This document shows, piece after piece, positions 30,076-38,120 of a stretch of 64,000 nt of DNA (position 1 is the stretch's first letter; each line of letters opens with the position of its first letter). Location of the stretch: the sequence record MK817115.1; one strand, 5' to 3'. This stretch comes from Escherichia phage vB_EcoM_phAPEC6. The notes under the pieces were generated by a model that saw nothing but the letters and a program-made list of their open reading frames with translations, made no database searches and was not told the origin of the DNA. The position numbers were made by a program, and so were the translations under genes.

Positions 30076-30302
30076 AGTTTATTCCTGATGCCATTTAAAA
30101 GTGCTCTAATATGCTCATTGACAAATCGCTCTTGGGAATCTGTTCCTAGAGTGAGTAGCAATCTTAAATCTGAACTTTTGATGTGATATTCTAAATCATT
30201 CTTTGATTCTTGCATCAGTTTCTTAAAGGATGAGAAGTTTGCAGCCATTAGTTCAATGTATTCTGCTGTTCCTAGGGGTTTGTGTGTGTGCTGTCTGTGC
30301 AT
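30072..30302 (-). CDS. family B paralog
   Basis: ORF track 76 aa; motif TLGTDSQERFVNEHI. Confidence 0.65.
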   Translation of the reverse strand: MHRQHTHKPLGTAEYIELMAANFSSFKKLMQESKNDLEYHIKSSDLRLLLTLGTDSQERFVNEHIRALLNGIRNKL

Positions 30303-30514
30303 TTTAATTGTATTACCCTTTTGAGTGTATTAATGTAATTATACACATTGGCTTCTTGATAGTTTGTTCCTAGAGTAGCTTGAACGTAGATTTCATTTAA
30401 CTTAATAATTTTATCAGAATCTGGAAGTTTTGATGTGTTAATGGCAAATAACTTCGAAAACAGTCCATTTATGATTGTTAGGTATTCTACTTCGGTAATG
30501 ATTCGCATTTGCAT
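30272..30514 (-). CDS. family B paralog
   Basis: ORF track 80 aa; motif TLGTNYQEANVYNYI. Confidence 0.65.
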   Translation of the reverse strand: MQMRIITEVEYLTIINGLFSKLFAINTSKLPDSDKIIKLNEIYVQATLGTNYQEANVYNYINTLKRVIQLKCTDSTHTNP

Positions 30515-30726
30515 TGGATAAACCTTTTTAGTTCATTGATGTAATCATTAATATTGCATTCTTGATAGTTAGTCCCTAGTGTAGCTTGAACATAGATTTC
30601 ACTTACTAGAATACTTATTTCATCATCTGGTAATTTCATGCTTTTTGTTATAAACAGCTTTAGAATTAAACTACTTAATAGTTGGTTGTATTCTGTGGGT
30701 GAAATGATTTTCATTTGCATTTGCAT
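30487..30726 (-). CDS. family B paralog
   Basis: ORF track 79 aa; motif TLGTNYQECNINDYI. Confidence 0.65.
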   Translation of the reverse strand: MQMQMKIISPTEYNQLLSSLILKLFITKSMKLPDDEISILVSEIYVQATLGTNYQECNINDYINELKRFIQCKCESLPK

Positions 30727-30932
30727 TTTCTCAGTACTGATTCTTTAAGTTCATTAATGTAGCACTCTACATATTCTTCTTGTAGGTTTGTTCCGATATG
30801 TAACAGTACTCTTAAATCTGCTCTCAGTACTTCTTTATCATCTTCATCTATATCAGACAGTGTTATGTTTAAGAATTTACTTGAACTCTCTATAAGTAAT
30901 ATTACTGAATCACCTTTGCTTAAAATTTTCAT
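30711..30932 (-). CDS. family B paralog
   Basis: ORF track 73 aa; motif HIGTNLQEEYVECYI. Confidence 0.65.
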   Translation of the reverse strand: MKILSKGDSVILLIESSSKFLNITLSDIDEDDKEVLRADLRVLLHIGTNLQEEYVECYINELKESVLRKCKCK

Positions 30933-31140
30933 AATCTCTTTTTGCTTTCCTCGCCAAAAGGTACATATACGATTCTTCGTATTGTGCTTGGTAGTTTGTG
31001 TTTAAGAGTCGAAACAACTTCTGTTCTGCTAGAACGAGTTGCTTATCTTCATAACAACGATAGCGTATCAACTTTTTGTATTCGATGTTGATTACATCCA
31101 TTACTATAAGCCCATGTTCATCATCTGTCAAGTGTTTCAT
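30910..31140 (-). CDS. family B paralog
   Basis: ORF track 76 aa; motif LLNTNYQAQYEESYM. Confidence 0.6.
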   Translation of the reverse strand: MKHLTDDEHGLIVMDVINIEYKKLIRYRCYEDKQLVLAEQKLFRLLNTNYQAQYEESYMYLLARKAKRDYENFKQR

Positions 31141-31379
31141 GCATTTTTTCTTTTTCTTATATGTTTAGTTAAAAGGTATATTAGTTTTCTATTGTATTCT
31201 TCCTGATAGTTTGTTCCTAATAGTGCAAGAAGTTTTGCTTCAACTAAAGCTAATTGACGTTCTTCAAATGTGTGTTCCAGTATGTACTTGGGGTTTGATT
31301 TTTTAGCGTAAGCACTATTAGTCTTCATTACAATCTTATGATATTCATTAGCAGTTAGGATTTTTAAATACTTGATCAT
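31137..31379 (-). CDS. family B paralog
   Basis: ORF track 80 aa; motif LLGTNYQEEYNRKLI. Confidence 0.65.
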   Translation of the reverse strand: MIKYLKILTANEYHKIVMKTNSAYAKKSNPKYILEHTFEERQLALVEAKLLALLGTNYQEEYNRKLIYLLTKHIRKRKNA

Positions 31380-31599
31380 GTATCTTTTCCTTTATAGAGA
31401 ATTTAAGATATCGAAGCATACTTTCAATGTAATACTCTTGTCTGTCAGTGCCAAGAAAGTACATGAGTTGAATGTATAAAACTTCTGCACTCCTTTCCGC
31501 TGGAGACTTGTTTGTGTCGTTTGGAAGTTGATTTGTATGTTTTCTTGATTTAATTAGTCGTTCTTTTAACTCATCGTCTGTTAAGTATTTCATTTGCAT
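31348..31599 (-). CDS. family B paralog
   Basis: ORF track 83 aa; motif FLGTDRQEYYIESML. Confidence 0.65.
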   Translation of the reverse strand: MQMKYLTDDELKERLIKSRKHTNQLPNDTNKSPAERSAEVLYIQLMYFLGTDRQEYYIESMLRYLKFSIKEKIHDQVFKNPNC

Positions 31600-31825
31600 T
31601 TACTTTTTCCTTAATAGTGATTTTAAGATATCTAATCATACGTGCAACATATTCCTCTTGTCTATCAGTTCCCAGAAGATATGGTAGTGATTGGAATAAT
31701 ACTTCTGCACTCCTTTCTGCTGGGGTTTGGTTTAGGTCAATTGGACGTTTATTGGTATATCTCTTGGCACGAACTAATCTCTCGACGTATTCATTATAGG
31801 TTAAGTATATCATTTCATTTTGCAT
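31571..31825 (-). CDS. family B paralog
   Basis: ORF track 84 aa; motif LLGTDRQEEYVARMI. Confidence 0.65.
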   Translation of the reverse strand: MQNEMIYLTYNEYVERLVRAKRYTNKRPIDLNQTPAERSAEVLFQSLPYLLGTDRQEEYVARMIRYLKITIKEKVNANEILNRR

Positions 31826-32045
31826 TTACTTTTTCCTTAATACTCATTATAAGATGTTCAATCATATTTTGAACCATAAATTCTTGTTTATCAGTTCCAA
31901 GAACGTATGGTAGCTTCTGAAACAATACATTTGCAGATACTTCAGATATTGATTGATTTGGACCGAACTTAAGAGTAATGTTTTTGGTTTTTAACATCTT
32001 CTCTTGAAATTCTTCATTCGTTAAGTATATCATTTCATTTTGCAT
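31815..32045 (-). CDS. family B paralog
   Basis: ORF track 76 aa; motif VLGTDKQEFMVQNMI. Confidence 0.65.
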   Translation of the reverse strand: MQNEMIYLTNEEFQEKMLKTKNITLKFGPNQSISEVSANVLFQKLPYVLGTDKQEFMVQNMIEHLIMSIKEKVNAK

Positions 32046-32261
32046 TTACATTCTCTCATATATATTTTGGGTTAAAAGGTCAATCCAGATTTCCACATAT
32101 CGTTGTTGGTGTTGCGTCCCTAACAGTACACCCAACTTAGCTTCACACTCTAATAACAATCTGGTTTTGTATGGTAGACTTTGGAATCCTATAGTAGCAT
32201 CTAATTTGGTAATTGCATAGTTGATTCGGATGAATCTTTCTTGCAATGTGATGTTGATCAT
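32046..32261 (-). CDS. family B paralog
   Basis: ORF track 71 aa; motif LLGTQHQQRYVEIWI. Confidence 0.65.
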   Translation of the reverse strand: MINITLQERFIRINYAITKLDATIGFQSLPYKTRLLLECEAKLGVLLGTQHQQRYVEIWIDLLTQNIYERM

Positions 32262-32548
32262 TTCTTAGTACACCTCAGTGGTTGGGTCATTTGATGAAAG
32301 TACAGCTTACCTCTGATTTCCAGTAGCAACTCCGCGATTAAGCGATTTACTTCTGTATCTTGATAGTTTGTTCCTAAGAATACACCCATCTTTAACTCAC
32401 GCATCATAATCATTTTCTTACTGTGTTGAATTTCTGGGTTGTGATAGATTGTATTACGTTTGTGCGTAATTTTTGTCATACGCTCGGTATATTCATCTTT
32501 ACTTAAATTGATCATTTGCATGTTCATCAACCTCACATTTATTTTCAA
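32258..32548 (-). CDS. family B paralog
   Basis: ORF track 96 aa; motif FLGTNYQDTEVNRLI. Confidence 0.65.
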   Translation of the reverse strand: MKINVRLMNMQMINLSKDEYTERMTKITHKRNTIYHNPEIQHSKKMIMMRELKMGVFLGTNYQDTEVNRLIAELLLEIRGKLYFHQMTQPLRCTKK

Positions 32549-32550
32549 TA

Positions 32551-32817
32551 CTATTCTTTAGTTTGTAGATATAGTTTTCTTCCAATATATCTCTTAAGTG
32601 CGATTATGTATTCATCTACATAATACTCCTGATAGTTTGTTCCTATGAATGCACCCACCTTTAACTCAAGTTTCATAATCATCTTATTTCCGTGTTTAAT
32701 GACTTCTCCGTGATGGATTTCATTAAGTCCAGGTGCAATTTTTACCAGGCGTTCTTTATATTTTGCTTGAGATAATTTAATCATTTTCATGTTAATTACC
32801 CTTACATTTATTTTCAA
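32551..32817 (-). CDS. family B paralog
   Basis: ORF track 88 aa; motif FIGTNYQEYYVDEYI. Confidence 0.65.
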   Translation of the reverse strand: MKINVRVINMKMIKLSQAKYKERLVKIAPGLNEIHHGEVIKHGNKMIMKLELKVGAFIGTNYQEYYVDEYIIALKRYIGRKLYLQTKE

Positions 32818-33022
32818 TACTATTCATGAGTTCTATAAGATAGTTTTCTACCTTACCTTCCTGATAGTTAGTCCCTAGGAAGTTGCACAACACGGCTTCT
32901 ATGATTTTGATTTTCCTGATATCAGGCTTCAATCTTTTGTTATTGAATATTTGAATCCTTATATCTCTGGATGCATTTAAACGTTTTTGATATTCATGGT
33001 AAGTTAAATTAATCATTTTCAT
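32792..33022 (-). CDS. family B paralog
   Basis: ORF track 76 aa; motif FLGTNYQEGKVENYL. Confidence 0.65.
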   Translation of the reverse strand: MKMINLTYHEYQKRLNASRDIRIQIFNNKRLKPDIRKIKIIEAVLCNFLGTNYQEGKVENYLIELMNSIENKCKGN

Positions 33023-33237
33023 TTACGTTTAACCTCTCGCTGGAGGGCATCAATTAACATCAGTACAGCATTCTCTTGATAGTTTGTTCCTAAGACTGAA
33101 AGCATCTTTATCTCATTTACTAAAATCAACTTCTTTGAGGGTTCAATAATGTGACTATCATAAACGGCCTTACGTGCTGGATAAGTTTTCGCCAGTATAA
33201 CATAAAATTCGTCTTTACTTAAATTAATCATTTGCAT
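33019..33237 (-). CDS. family B paralog
   Basis: ORF track 72 aa; motif VLGTNYQENAVLMLI. Confidence 0.65.
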   Translation of the reverse strand: MQMINLSKDEFYVILAKTYPARKAVYDSHIIEPSKKLILVNEIKMLSVLGTNYQENAVLMLIDALQREVKRK

Positions 33238-33446
33238 TTACTTTTAACCTCTTTCTGTAGAGCGTCAATCCATAGATCCACATACATTTGTTGATAGTTT
33301 GTGCCTAAGAGTGCACCTACATAGAGTTCAGTTACTAGTGCGTGCTTAAGGTTAGCTTGGATGCTCTTATCGCTTGATAAGATTTTCCTTCTGCTGGTGC
33401 ATGTTTTCAGGAGTCTGATGTATTCAAAGCCTTGTAAATTTCTCAT
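33228..33446 (-). CDS. family B paralog
   Basis: ORF track 72 aa; motif LLGTNYQQMYVDLWI. Confidence 0.65.
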   Translation of the reverse strand: MRNLQGFEYIRLLKTCTSRRKILSSDKSIQANLKHALVTELYVGALLGTNYQQMYVDLWIDALQKEVKSKCK

Positions 33447-33658
33447 ATTTTGGATACCACCTTGTTACGTAAGGCACTTAACAATACGTCAGTGTAGATG
33501 TTTTGATAGTTTGTCCCTACGAAAGCACCCAACTTCATTTCAGCTATTATAACACATTTGTCCTCTTGTGCAATAGATTTGTTTAACACAATACTATACA
33601 CTTTTGATTTGATAGTTTGTAACCTCCAATGATACTGAAACTCATTTAGTGTTATCAT
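33443..33658 (-). CDS. family B paralog
   Basis: ORF track 71 aa; motif FVGTNYQNIYTDVLL. Confidence 0.65.
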   Translation of the reverse strand: MITLNEFQYHWRLQTIKSKVYSIVLNKSIAQEDKCVIIAEMKLGAFVGTNYQNIYTDVLLSALRNKVVSKI

Positions 33659-33893
33659 TCTCTCGTCTCCATATCTCGGTTCTAATGTGTTGACATTGTG
33701 CTTCGATGAACATATCTATTGATTTGGCAATTGCTTTTTTATCAGTGCCTGTCATCAGTACAAGCATCTCTGCCTCACTATGAATTAAACGCATGATATC
33801 ATAGGGTAATATTTCAGATACAGTGTCATAGTGTTTCTGTGCCAGTGTCTGTAATAGTTTACAATACATTTTGTGATTTAGTCTGTGTCGCAT
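33642..33893 (-). CDS. family B-like paralog (divergent)
   Basis: ORF track 83 aa; motif LMTGTDKKAIAKSID. Confidence 0.5.
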   Translation of the reverse strand: MRHRLNHKMYCKLLQTLAQKHYDTVSEILPYDIMRLIHSEAEMLVLMTGTDKKAIAKSIDMFIEAQCQHIRTEIWRRENDNTK

Positions 33894-34150
33894 TGTTTAT
33901 TCCATTCTCTTCTGGCTTGACGGGTTTTATCTGATATTTCGTTTCTCAATGCAGCGATATATCGTAGAGTGAACAGTTCTTGATAGTTAGTCCCTATGAA
34001 TTTATTAAGATATACATCAGCGTTGACGATATCAGCTTCACGGGAATTATAAAGTTTATTGTTCGTGCGGAGGGTGTTTAGAAGAGAGAAGAGGGCAGTC
34101 TGATACTCCACTCCTGATAAAATCTTCATGTTTTGTGAGCAAATAATCAT
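33878..34150 (-). CDS. family B paralog
   Basis: ORF track 90 aa; motif FIGTNYQELFTLRYI; start probably internal Met. Confidence 0.6.
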   Translation of the reverse strand: MIICSQNMKILSGVEYQTALFSLLNTLRTNNKLYNSREADIVNADVYLNKFIGTNYQELFTLRYIAALRNEISDKTRQARREWNKQCDTD

Positions 34151-34370
34151 CTAGTTTATCCTGTATAACATTCGTTAATTGTTCGATATATTCTGTGCAA
34201 AACTTATCTTGATATTGAGTCCCCATAAAGTACAGCAACCATAGCTCATTAACTTTAGCTCGCATTTGGTTCCATGTAAGGCTGGGGTCACCGTAGACTA
34301 TCCTTGTGATGGGGGTTAGTTTACGAATTATAGTTTCAAATTCATCATCAGTTAAGTGTTTCATTTGCAT
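34056..34370 (-). CDS. family B paralog (C-terminally extended)
   Basis: ORF track 104 aa; motif FMGTQYQDKFCTEYI; overlaps next gene. Confidence 0.55.
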   Translation of the reverse strand: MQMKHLTDDEFETIIRKLTPITRIVYGDPSLTWNQMRAKVNELWLLYFMGTQYQDKFCTEYIEQLTNVIQDKLDDYLLTKHEDFIRSGVSDCPLLSSKHPPHEQ

Positions 34371-34579
34371 TTGTCCCTTATTAAATCAGTGAGGGCAACT
34401 ATGTGTGCAACAACATACTCTTCCTGAAAGTTCGTCCCCAGTACAGCCATCATGCGTATATCGGTGGTGTTTATCCTGTGTTCCCTTACACATAAACCTT
34501 CTGTGTGAGGAAGTGTAAAATATTTGTTTATTGCAGCAACGATAATTTTATTCTTCTCGGAGTTACTTAAATGTTTCAT
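34361..34579 (-). CDS. family B paralog
   Basis: ORF track 72 aa; motif VLGTNFQEEYVVAHI. Confidence 0.65.
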   Translation of the reverse strand: MKHLSNSEKNKIIVAAINKYFTLPHTEGLCVREHRINTTDIRMMAVLGTNFQEEYVVAHIVALTDLIRDKCK

Positions 34580-34788
34580 AGTTTACTCCTGATATAATTC
34601 TGAAGTGCAATTAAGTATTCCCCTACATAATACACCTGAAAGTCTGTATCAAGGAATGCACCCATAAGTAAATCTTTTTCTAATACCCTTGATAAGTTAA
34701 GGTCTGCATTTGAAAGGTATATAAGTAAGATTTCACCCTGTGCGGAATTGAAACGTTTCTTATATTCTTCTGGTGTTAAAAAAATCAT
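34576..34788 (-). CDS. family B paralog
   Basis: ORF track 70 aa; motif FLDTDFQVYYVGEYL. Confidence 0.6.
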   Translation of the reverse strand: MIFLTPEEYKKRFNSAQGEILLIYLSNADLNLSRVLEKDLLMGAFLDTDFQVYYVGEYLIALQNYIRSKL

Positions 34789-35000
34789 AATTTGCTCCTG
34801 ATATATTTCTCAAGAGATGACAAATACTTTTCCTCATAATACTTCTGATAGTCTGTTCCTAAGAATGCACCCAATAGTATATCATTTTCCAATACCTCGG
34901 CTAAGTTTAAATCAGAAGTCTCTTCGTATATTATGAGGATTTCAAGTTGTCTGGCAGCGATGCGTTCAGTATATTGATATGAGTTTTCTATAATAATCAT
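34785..35000 (-). CDS. family B paralog
   Basis: ORF track 71 aa; motif FLGTDYQKYYEEKYL. Confidence 0.65.
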   Translation of the reverse strand: MIIIENSYQYTERIAARQLEILIIYEETSDLNLAEVLENDILLGAFLGTDYQKYYEEKYLSSLEKYIRSKL

Positions 35001-35206
35001 AATTTACTCTTTATATCTTGAATTAAAAATCGAATCCATTCTTCAACATAATCTTCCTGATGGTTTGTGTTCAGTACAGCCAACATGCGGATCTCTGCTC
35101 TTGCAACTTCAATTTCAGTTTTAGGAAGGTCTTTGCTGATATCCACCATTAAGTCCATGTATTTCAAGATAAGACCGTATGATTGGGTTCGTGTTATAGT
35201 TTTCAT
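34997..35206 (-). CDS. family B paralog
   Basis: ORF track 69 aa; motif VLNTNHQEDYVEEWI. Confidence 0.6.
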   Translation of the reverse strand: MKTITRTQSYGLILKYMDLMVDISKDLPKTEIEVARAEIRMLAVLNTNHQEDYVEEWIRFLIQDIKSKL

Positions 35207-35403
35207 TGTTTCCTCGTGGACAATATTTTATTTTTCAATGTATCCATATATTGAATCACCCATCTTTCCTGATAGTTAGTTCCCAAAGTAATCAAAAGGT
35301 ATAACTCCATTCGTTCTACGTGTGTGTCTGTATTATAAATCTTTGTGAAGTTTTTACGTAACAGTGATTGATATTCTTCTTTATTTAAAATACGCATTTT
35401 CAT
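35203..35403 (-). CDS. family B paralog
   Basis: ORF track 66 aa; motif TLGTNYQERWVIQYM. Confidence 0.65.
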   Translation of the reverse strand: MKMRILNKEEYQSLLRKNFTKIYNTDTHVERMELYLLITLGTNYQERWVIQYMDTLKNKILSTRKQ

Positions 35404-35597
35404 AGTTTACTCGTTATATCTTCAATTAAATACCAAATCCAATCGTTGACATACCTTTCCTGAAAGTTAGTTCCAATGAATAGTGCCATAATTAATTCAC
35501 GCTTATAGGCAATACCACGGTCATGGGACTTATACATTATCATAGCCATGTTATTGATAAGTCTTTCGTGGTGCTGTTCTTTAGTTAAAATACGCAT
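35400..35597 (-). CDS. family B paralog (first gene of array)
   Basis: ORF track 35400..35627; motif FIGTNFQERYVNDWI; start set to Met of MRILTKEQ which follows SD AAGGGAG. Confidence 0.65.
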   Translation of the reverse strand: MRILTKEQHHERLINNMAMIMYKSHDRGIAYKRELIMALFIGTNFQERYVNDWIWYLIEDITSKL

Positions 35598-35627
35598 AGG
35601 GACTCCCTTAAAATTATTATCGATCAT

Positions 35628-35846
35628 ATTTTATACGATTCATATAAAAAGTCAATAACATTTTATTCGTAATACCCCTTTATCGAAGTCGCTAAGGTTA
35701 CCCGCCCTTTAGCCCCCTACGCATTTTGCCATAGTCCAATCCCTTTTATTTCAAAAAAGTCAAGGGATTACCTATGCATTTTTTTAACGCATAATTTTAA
35801 AAACGCCTTGACTTTTTTCTGAATCAGTACTAGATCCCTTTACGCA
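35628..35846 (-). promoter_or_regulatory. regulatory region upstream of family B array (promoter-like TTGACT-N16-TAAAAT plus inverted and direct repeats)
   Basis: minus-strand TTGACT..TAAAAT about 40 nt upstream of array start; inverted repeat AATCCCTT..AAGGGATT; repeated cctttacgcatt-like motif three times. Confidence 0.4.
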
Positions 35847-36056
35847 TTAATCCTTCGTTACGCTAACGATTATCTGTGTATCCCCGTAGTCCTGCCATAC
35901 TTCCACGCCATCGGTCGCCCTGGTTAGTCGTGCTGTCATCTGCTTAATGGTCTTAGGCTTTAGTGGAACCTGTTGCAGTACTGTACGCATAGCATCATTG
36001 ACGTTATCATGTACGCCTGCAATAGTACCTAGAACGCTGTATACTGTATAGAACAT
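35847..36056 (-). CDS. hypothetical protein (69 aa)
   Basis: ORF track; SD AGGAG upstream; small hairpin GGCCGC..GCGGCC upstream. Confidence 0.6.
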   Translation of the reverse strand: MFYTVYSVLGTIAGVHDNVNDAMRTVLQQVPLKPKTIKQMTARLTRATDGVEVWQDYGDTQIIVSVTKD

Positions 36057-36124
36057 ATGTATGTACTCCTGATATAGTTAAGGCCGCTACAAGGCGGCCT
36101 ATGATGTTTGGTGATGTGTAACGC

Positions 36125-36526
36125 TTACAGTCCTAAGATAGTGCGTGCTTCGTTACGTTCCGTACACAGCTGCATGATGTGAGCAAGTAAGTCCTTGCTA
36201 ATGTATCCGTTGTCCATAGCTTCACGGATAGATACATCATAAGCACCGAACCCCGTGCGAACGATACGCACATCATTCAGGTTAGTATTATAGATACCGC
36301 CGAGATCAACGGCTTCGAATACTACATCAACAGAATATTCATTGTTGCCATCGTGGAAGTTTTCCAGTGCAATAGTATTGGATACCGCCCAACGTTTGCA
36401 GTTTCCAATGATGCGGCACTGTTCCGGTTGGATAGTGCCATTACTTACAGCGTACTCCAGTGCATCTTTACCGAAAGTCCGAGCCAGTACTAAAACGTCA
36501 GCGAAGGAATTGATTGAGAAGGTCAT
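36125..36526 (-). CDS. hypothetical protein (~133 aa)
   Basis: ORF track 36125..36559; start moved to MTFSINSF Met behind SD AAGGAG; track N-terminal extension translates the promoter hairpin. Confidence 0.6.
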   Translation of the reverse strand: MTFSINSFADVLVLARTFGKDALEYAVSNGTIQPEQCRIIGNCKRWAVSNTIALENFHDGNNEYSVDVVFEAVDLGGIYNTNLNDVRIVRTGFGAYDVSIREAMDNGYISKDLLAHIMQLCTERNEARTILGL

Positions 36527-36547
36527 GATAAAACTCCTTAATTTAGG

Positions 36548-36612
36548 AGGGAGAACCATTTCCCCCTCTCTATGTAAAACATTATACTTGATTCTAAGTA
36601 CTATGCAAGTAC
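36548..36612 (-). promoter_or_regulatory. early-type promoter + 5' GC hairpin cassette (PeSL-like)
   Basis: minus-strand TTGCAT-N16-TATAAT followed by hairpin around GGGAGAACCATTTCCCCC, then SD and ATG. Confidence 0.55.
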
Positions 36613-36615
36613 TTT

Positions 36616-36948
36616 TTACATTTTAATACCTGGATTCAGGTAGCGGTGAGATCCATATTCTGGATCGGTTTCGGTCCAGTACTGTAAATCTATAGTACCT
36701 TTAGCGTTAATCTTGTCTACCAGCTTATTCATCTTAGCGTATACTACATCAGCATCGATGCGTTTAAAGCCAGTAGCTTTAGTGAAGTAGTAGTGATTTG
36801 CTTCACTATCATTAAGGATATACCGAGCACCGTTTGCAGTCTGTGCGATAATGATTGAGTATTCTACTTCCCGATCCAGACCGTCGATGAATACAGATGA
36901 AACATTGGTACGGATGAAAGCTTTAACGATAGCGATTGAAGTACTCAT
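36616..36948 (-). CDS. hypothetical protein (110 aa)
   Basis: ORF track; SD AGGAG; own promoter TTGACA-N17-AATAAT upstream. Confidence 0.65.
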   Translation of the reverse strand: MSTSIAIVKAFIRTNVSSVFIDGLDREVEYSIIIAQTANGARYILNDSEANHYYFTKATGFKRIDADVVYAKMNKLVDKINAKGTIDLQYWTETDPEYGSHRYLNPGIKM

Positions 36949-37153
36949 TTTGAATCTCCTAACTTTGTGGGCCGTCGCACCATTGCCGCCCTACGAGATA
37001 CATTATTGCAGTACTGATATACTTTGTCAATACTTTTTTATTAATAGTTTTAGTTCCACCAGCAGATAGTTACTCACCGTTATTAACTATATATTTTGGA
37101 TACACTCCTGCACCCAGTGGGCTAGTTTTTGTCTATGCGTATATAATAGCAAA

Positions 37154-37181
37154 GGGACTGACCGGAGTCAATCCCTTTTTT
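37154..37181. terminator. intrinsic terminator hairpin (conserved repeat-element copy 1)
   Basis: GGGACTGAC-cgga-GTCAATCCC followed by TTTTTT on plus; A-run on other side (bidirectional potential). Confidence 0.45.
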
Positions 37182-37192
37182 ATTCTTTTTTG

Positions 37193-37393
37193 TTAGATGA
37201 TTCTCCAATCTTCTACGATCATGGTAAGATAACGGACCATCGATTCAAGTGATTCGAATTCCCGATAGTCTGCCGCTCCACCAGCGGTACAAGTACAGCC
37301 GATTAAACCATTTTGCAATTCCTTAATCTGTACATCGATAAGGTTGGCTTTAGCTTCTTTCAGTACTTCAACCAGGGCGATAGCGATAGACAT
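37193..37393 (-). CDS. hypothetical protein (66 aa)
   Basis: ORF track; SD GGAGT. Confidence 0.6.
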   Translation of the reverse strand: MSIAIALVEVLKEAKANLIDVQIKELQNGLIGCTCTAGGAADYREFESLESMVRYLTMIVEDWRII

Positions 37394-37415
37394 AATGTTT
37401 TACTCCAAACTATTA

Positions 37416-37476
37416 GCGGGAGAACTATTCCCCCGCTCTATGTAAAACATTATACATTACTGGTTAGTACTGTCAA
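37416..37476 (-). promoter_or_regulatory. early-type promoter + 5' GC hairpin cassette (PeSL-like)
   Basis: TTGACA-N16-TATAAT then hairpin GCGGGAGAACTATTCCCCCGC. Confidence 0.55.
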
Positions 37477-37483
37477 ATAGTTT

Positions 37484-37741
37484 TTATGAAATATCTTCGA
37501 TGTAGTCGGCCCATTTCATTTTTTCAGTACTGTCAATGGCTACCGGATTATTTGGATCAAACCATTCACCATTACCGCAGTACATACCAACGGCTACGGT
37601 TTTATAGCCATCCTGGGCCGTACTCCACGACATTGCACGATAGATATGGCCTTTAACTGGTTGCAGTACTGGTAATGTTTTATGGTCTTCTACGTAGGCC
37701 ATAGCTTGAGGATTTACCCGATATTGTGTGAACTGTTCCAT
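37484..37741 (-). CDS. hypothetical protein (85 aa)
   Basis: ORF track; SD AAGGGGA; promoter TTGACA-N17-TGTAAT upstream. Confidence 0.6.
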   Translation of the reverse strand: MEQFTQYRVNPQAMAYVEDHKTLPVLQPVKGHIYRAMSWSTAQDGYKTVAVGMYCGNGEWFDPNNPVAIDSTEKMKWADYIEDIS

Positions 37742-37817
37742 TATGTTTCCCCTTGTAGTTAGTAAAGTTATTACATCAGTACTATCAAGCTATGTCAATA
37801 GTACTGAAATAAAACTT

Positions 37818-38042
37818 TTAGATTAGATTATTGATGCCTGAAATGGTAGACTCACTTTCTTCTTTCTCCCATTGGCGGTAGTACTTCCACGCTTCATGAT
37901 AGGTGGCGATCAGTTCATCTTTTTGATCCTGAGTACATGCCAGTACTGAATCACTGTAAGCGGTGTTATAGATAGAATCGAATGATTTCTTCTCTTCTGC
38001 CAGGTTAGCTACTTCCCGCATCAGTTCATCAAAGTTAGCCAT
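37818..38042 (-). CDS. hypothetical protein (~74 aa)
   Basis: ORF track 37818..38087; start moved to MANFDEL Met downstream of hairpin. Confidence 0.55.
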   Translation of the reverse strand: MANFDELMREVANLAEEKKSFDSIYNTAYSDSVLACTQDQKDELIATYHEAWKYYRQWEKEESESTISGINNLI

Positions 38043-38061
38043 TTTAGTACTCCTTATTAGT

Positions 38062-38120
38062 GGGGGAGGATATCTCCCCCTATGCAAAACATTATACTTT
38101 GTTTTAGTTATTATGCAAGT
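38062..38120 (-). promoter_or_regulatory. early-type promoter + 5' GC hairpin cassette (PeSL-like)
   Basis: TTGCAT-N16-TATAAT then perfect hairpin GGGGGAG-gatat-CTCCCCC. Confidence 0.55.

Noticed and set aside
36527-36559. N-terminal extensions of many track ORFs (e.g. MVLPPKLRSFI-, MFYIERGKWFSLAIRNKI-, MFYIESGNTSRYTVREMKT-)
   Set aside because: These extensions are translations of the GGGAGAA..TTCCCC promoter hairpin and lie upstream of the Shine-Dalgarno site. The real start is the internal Met, so starts were trimmed.
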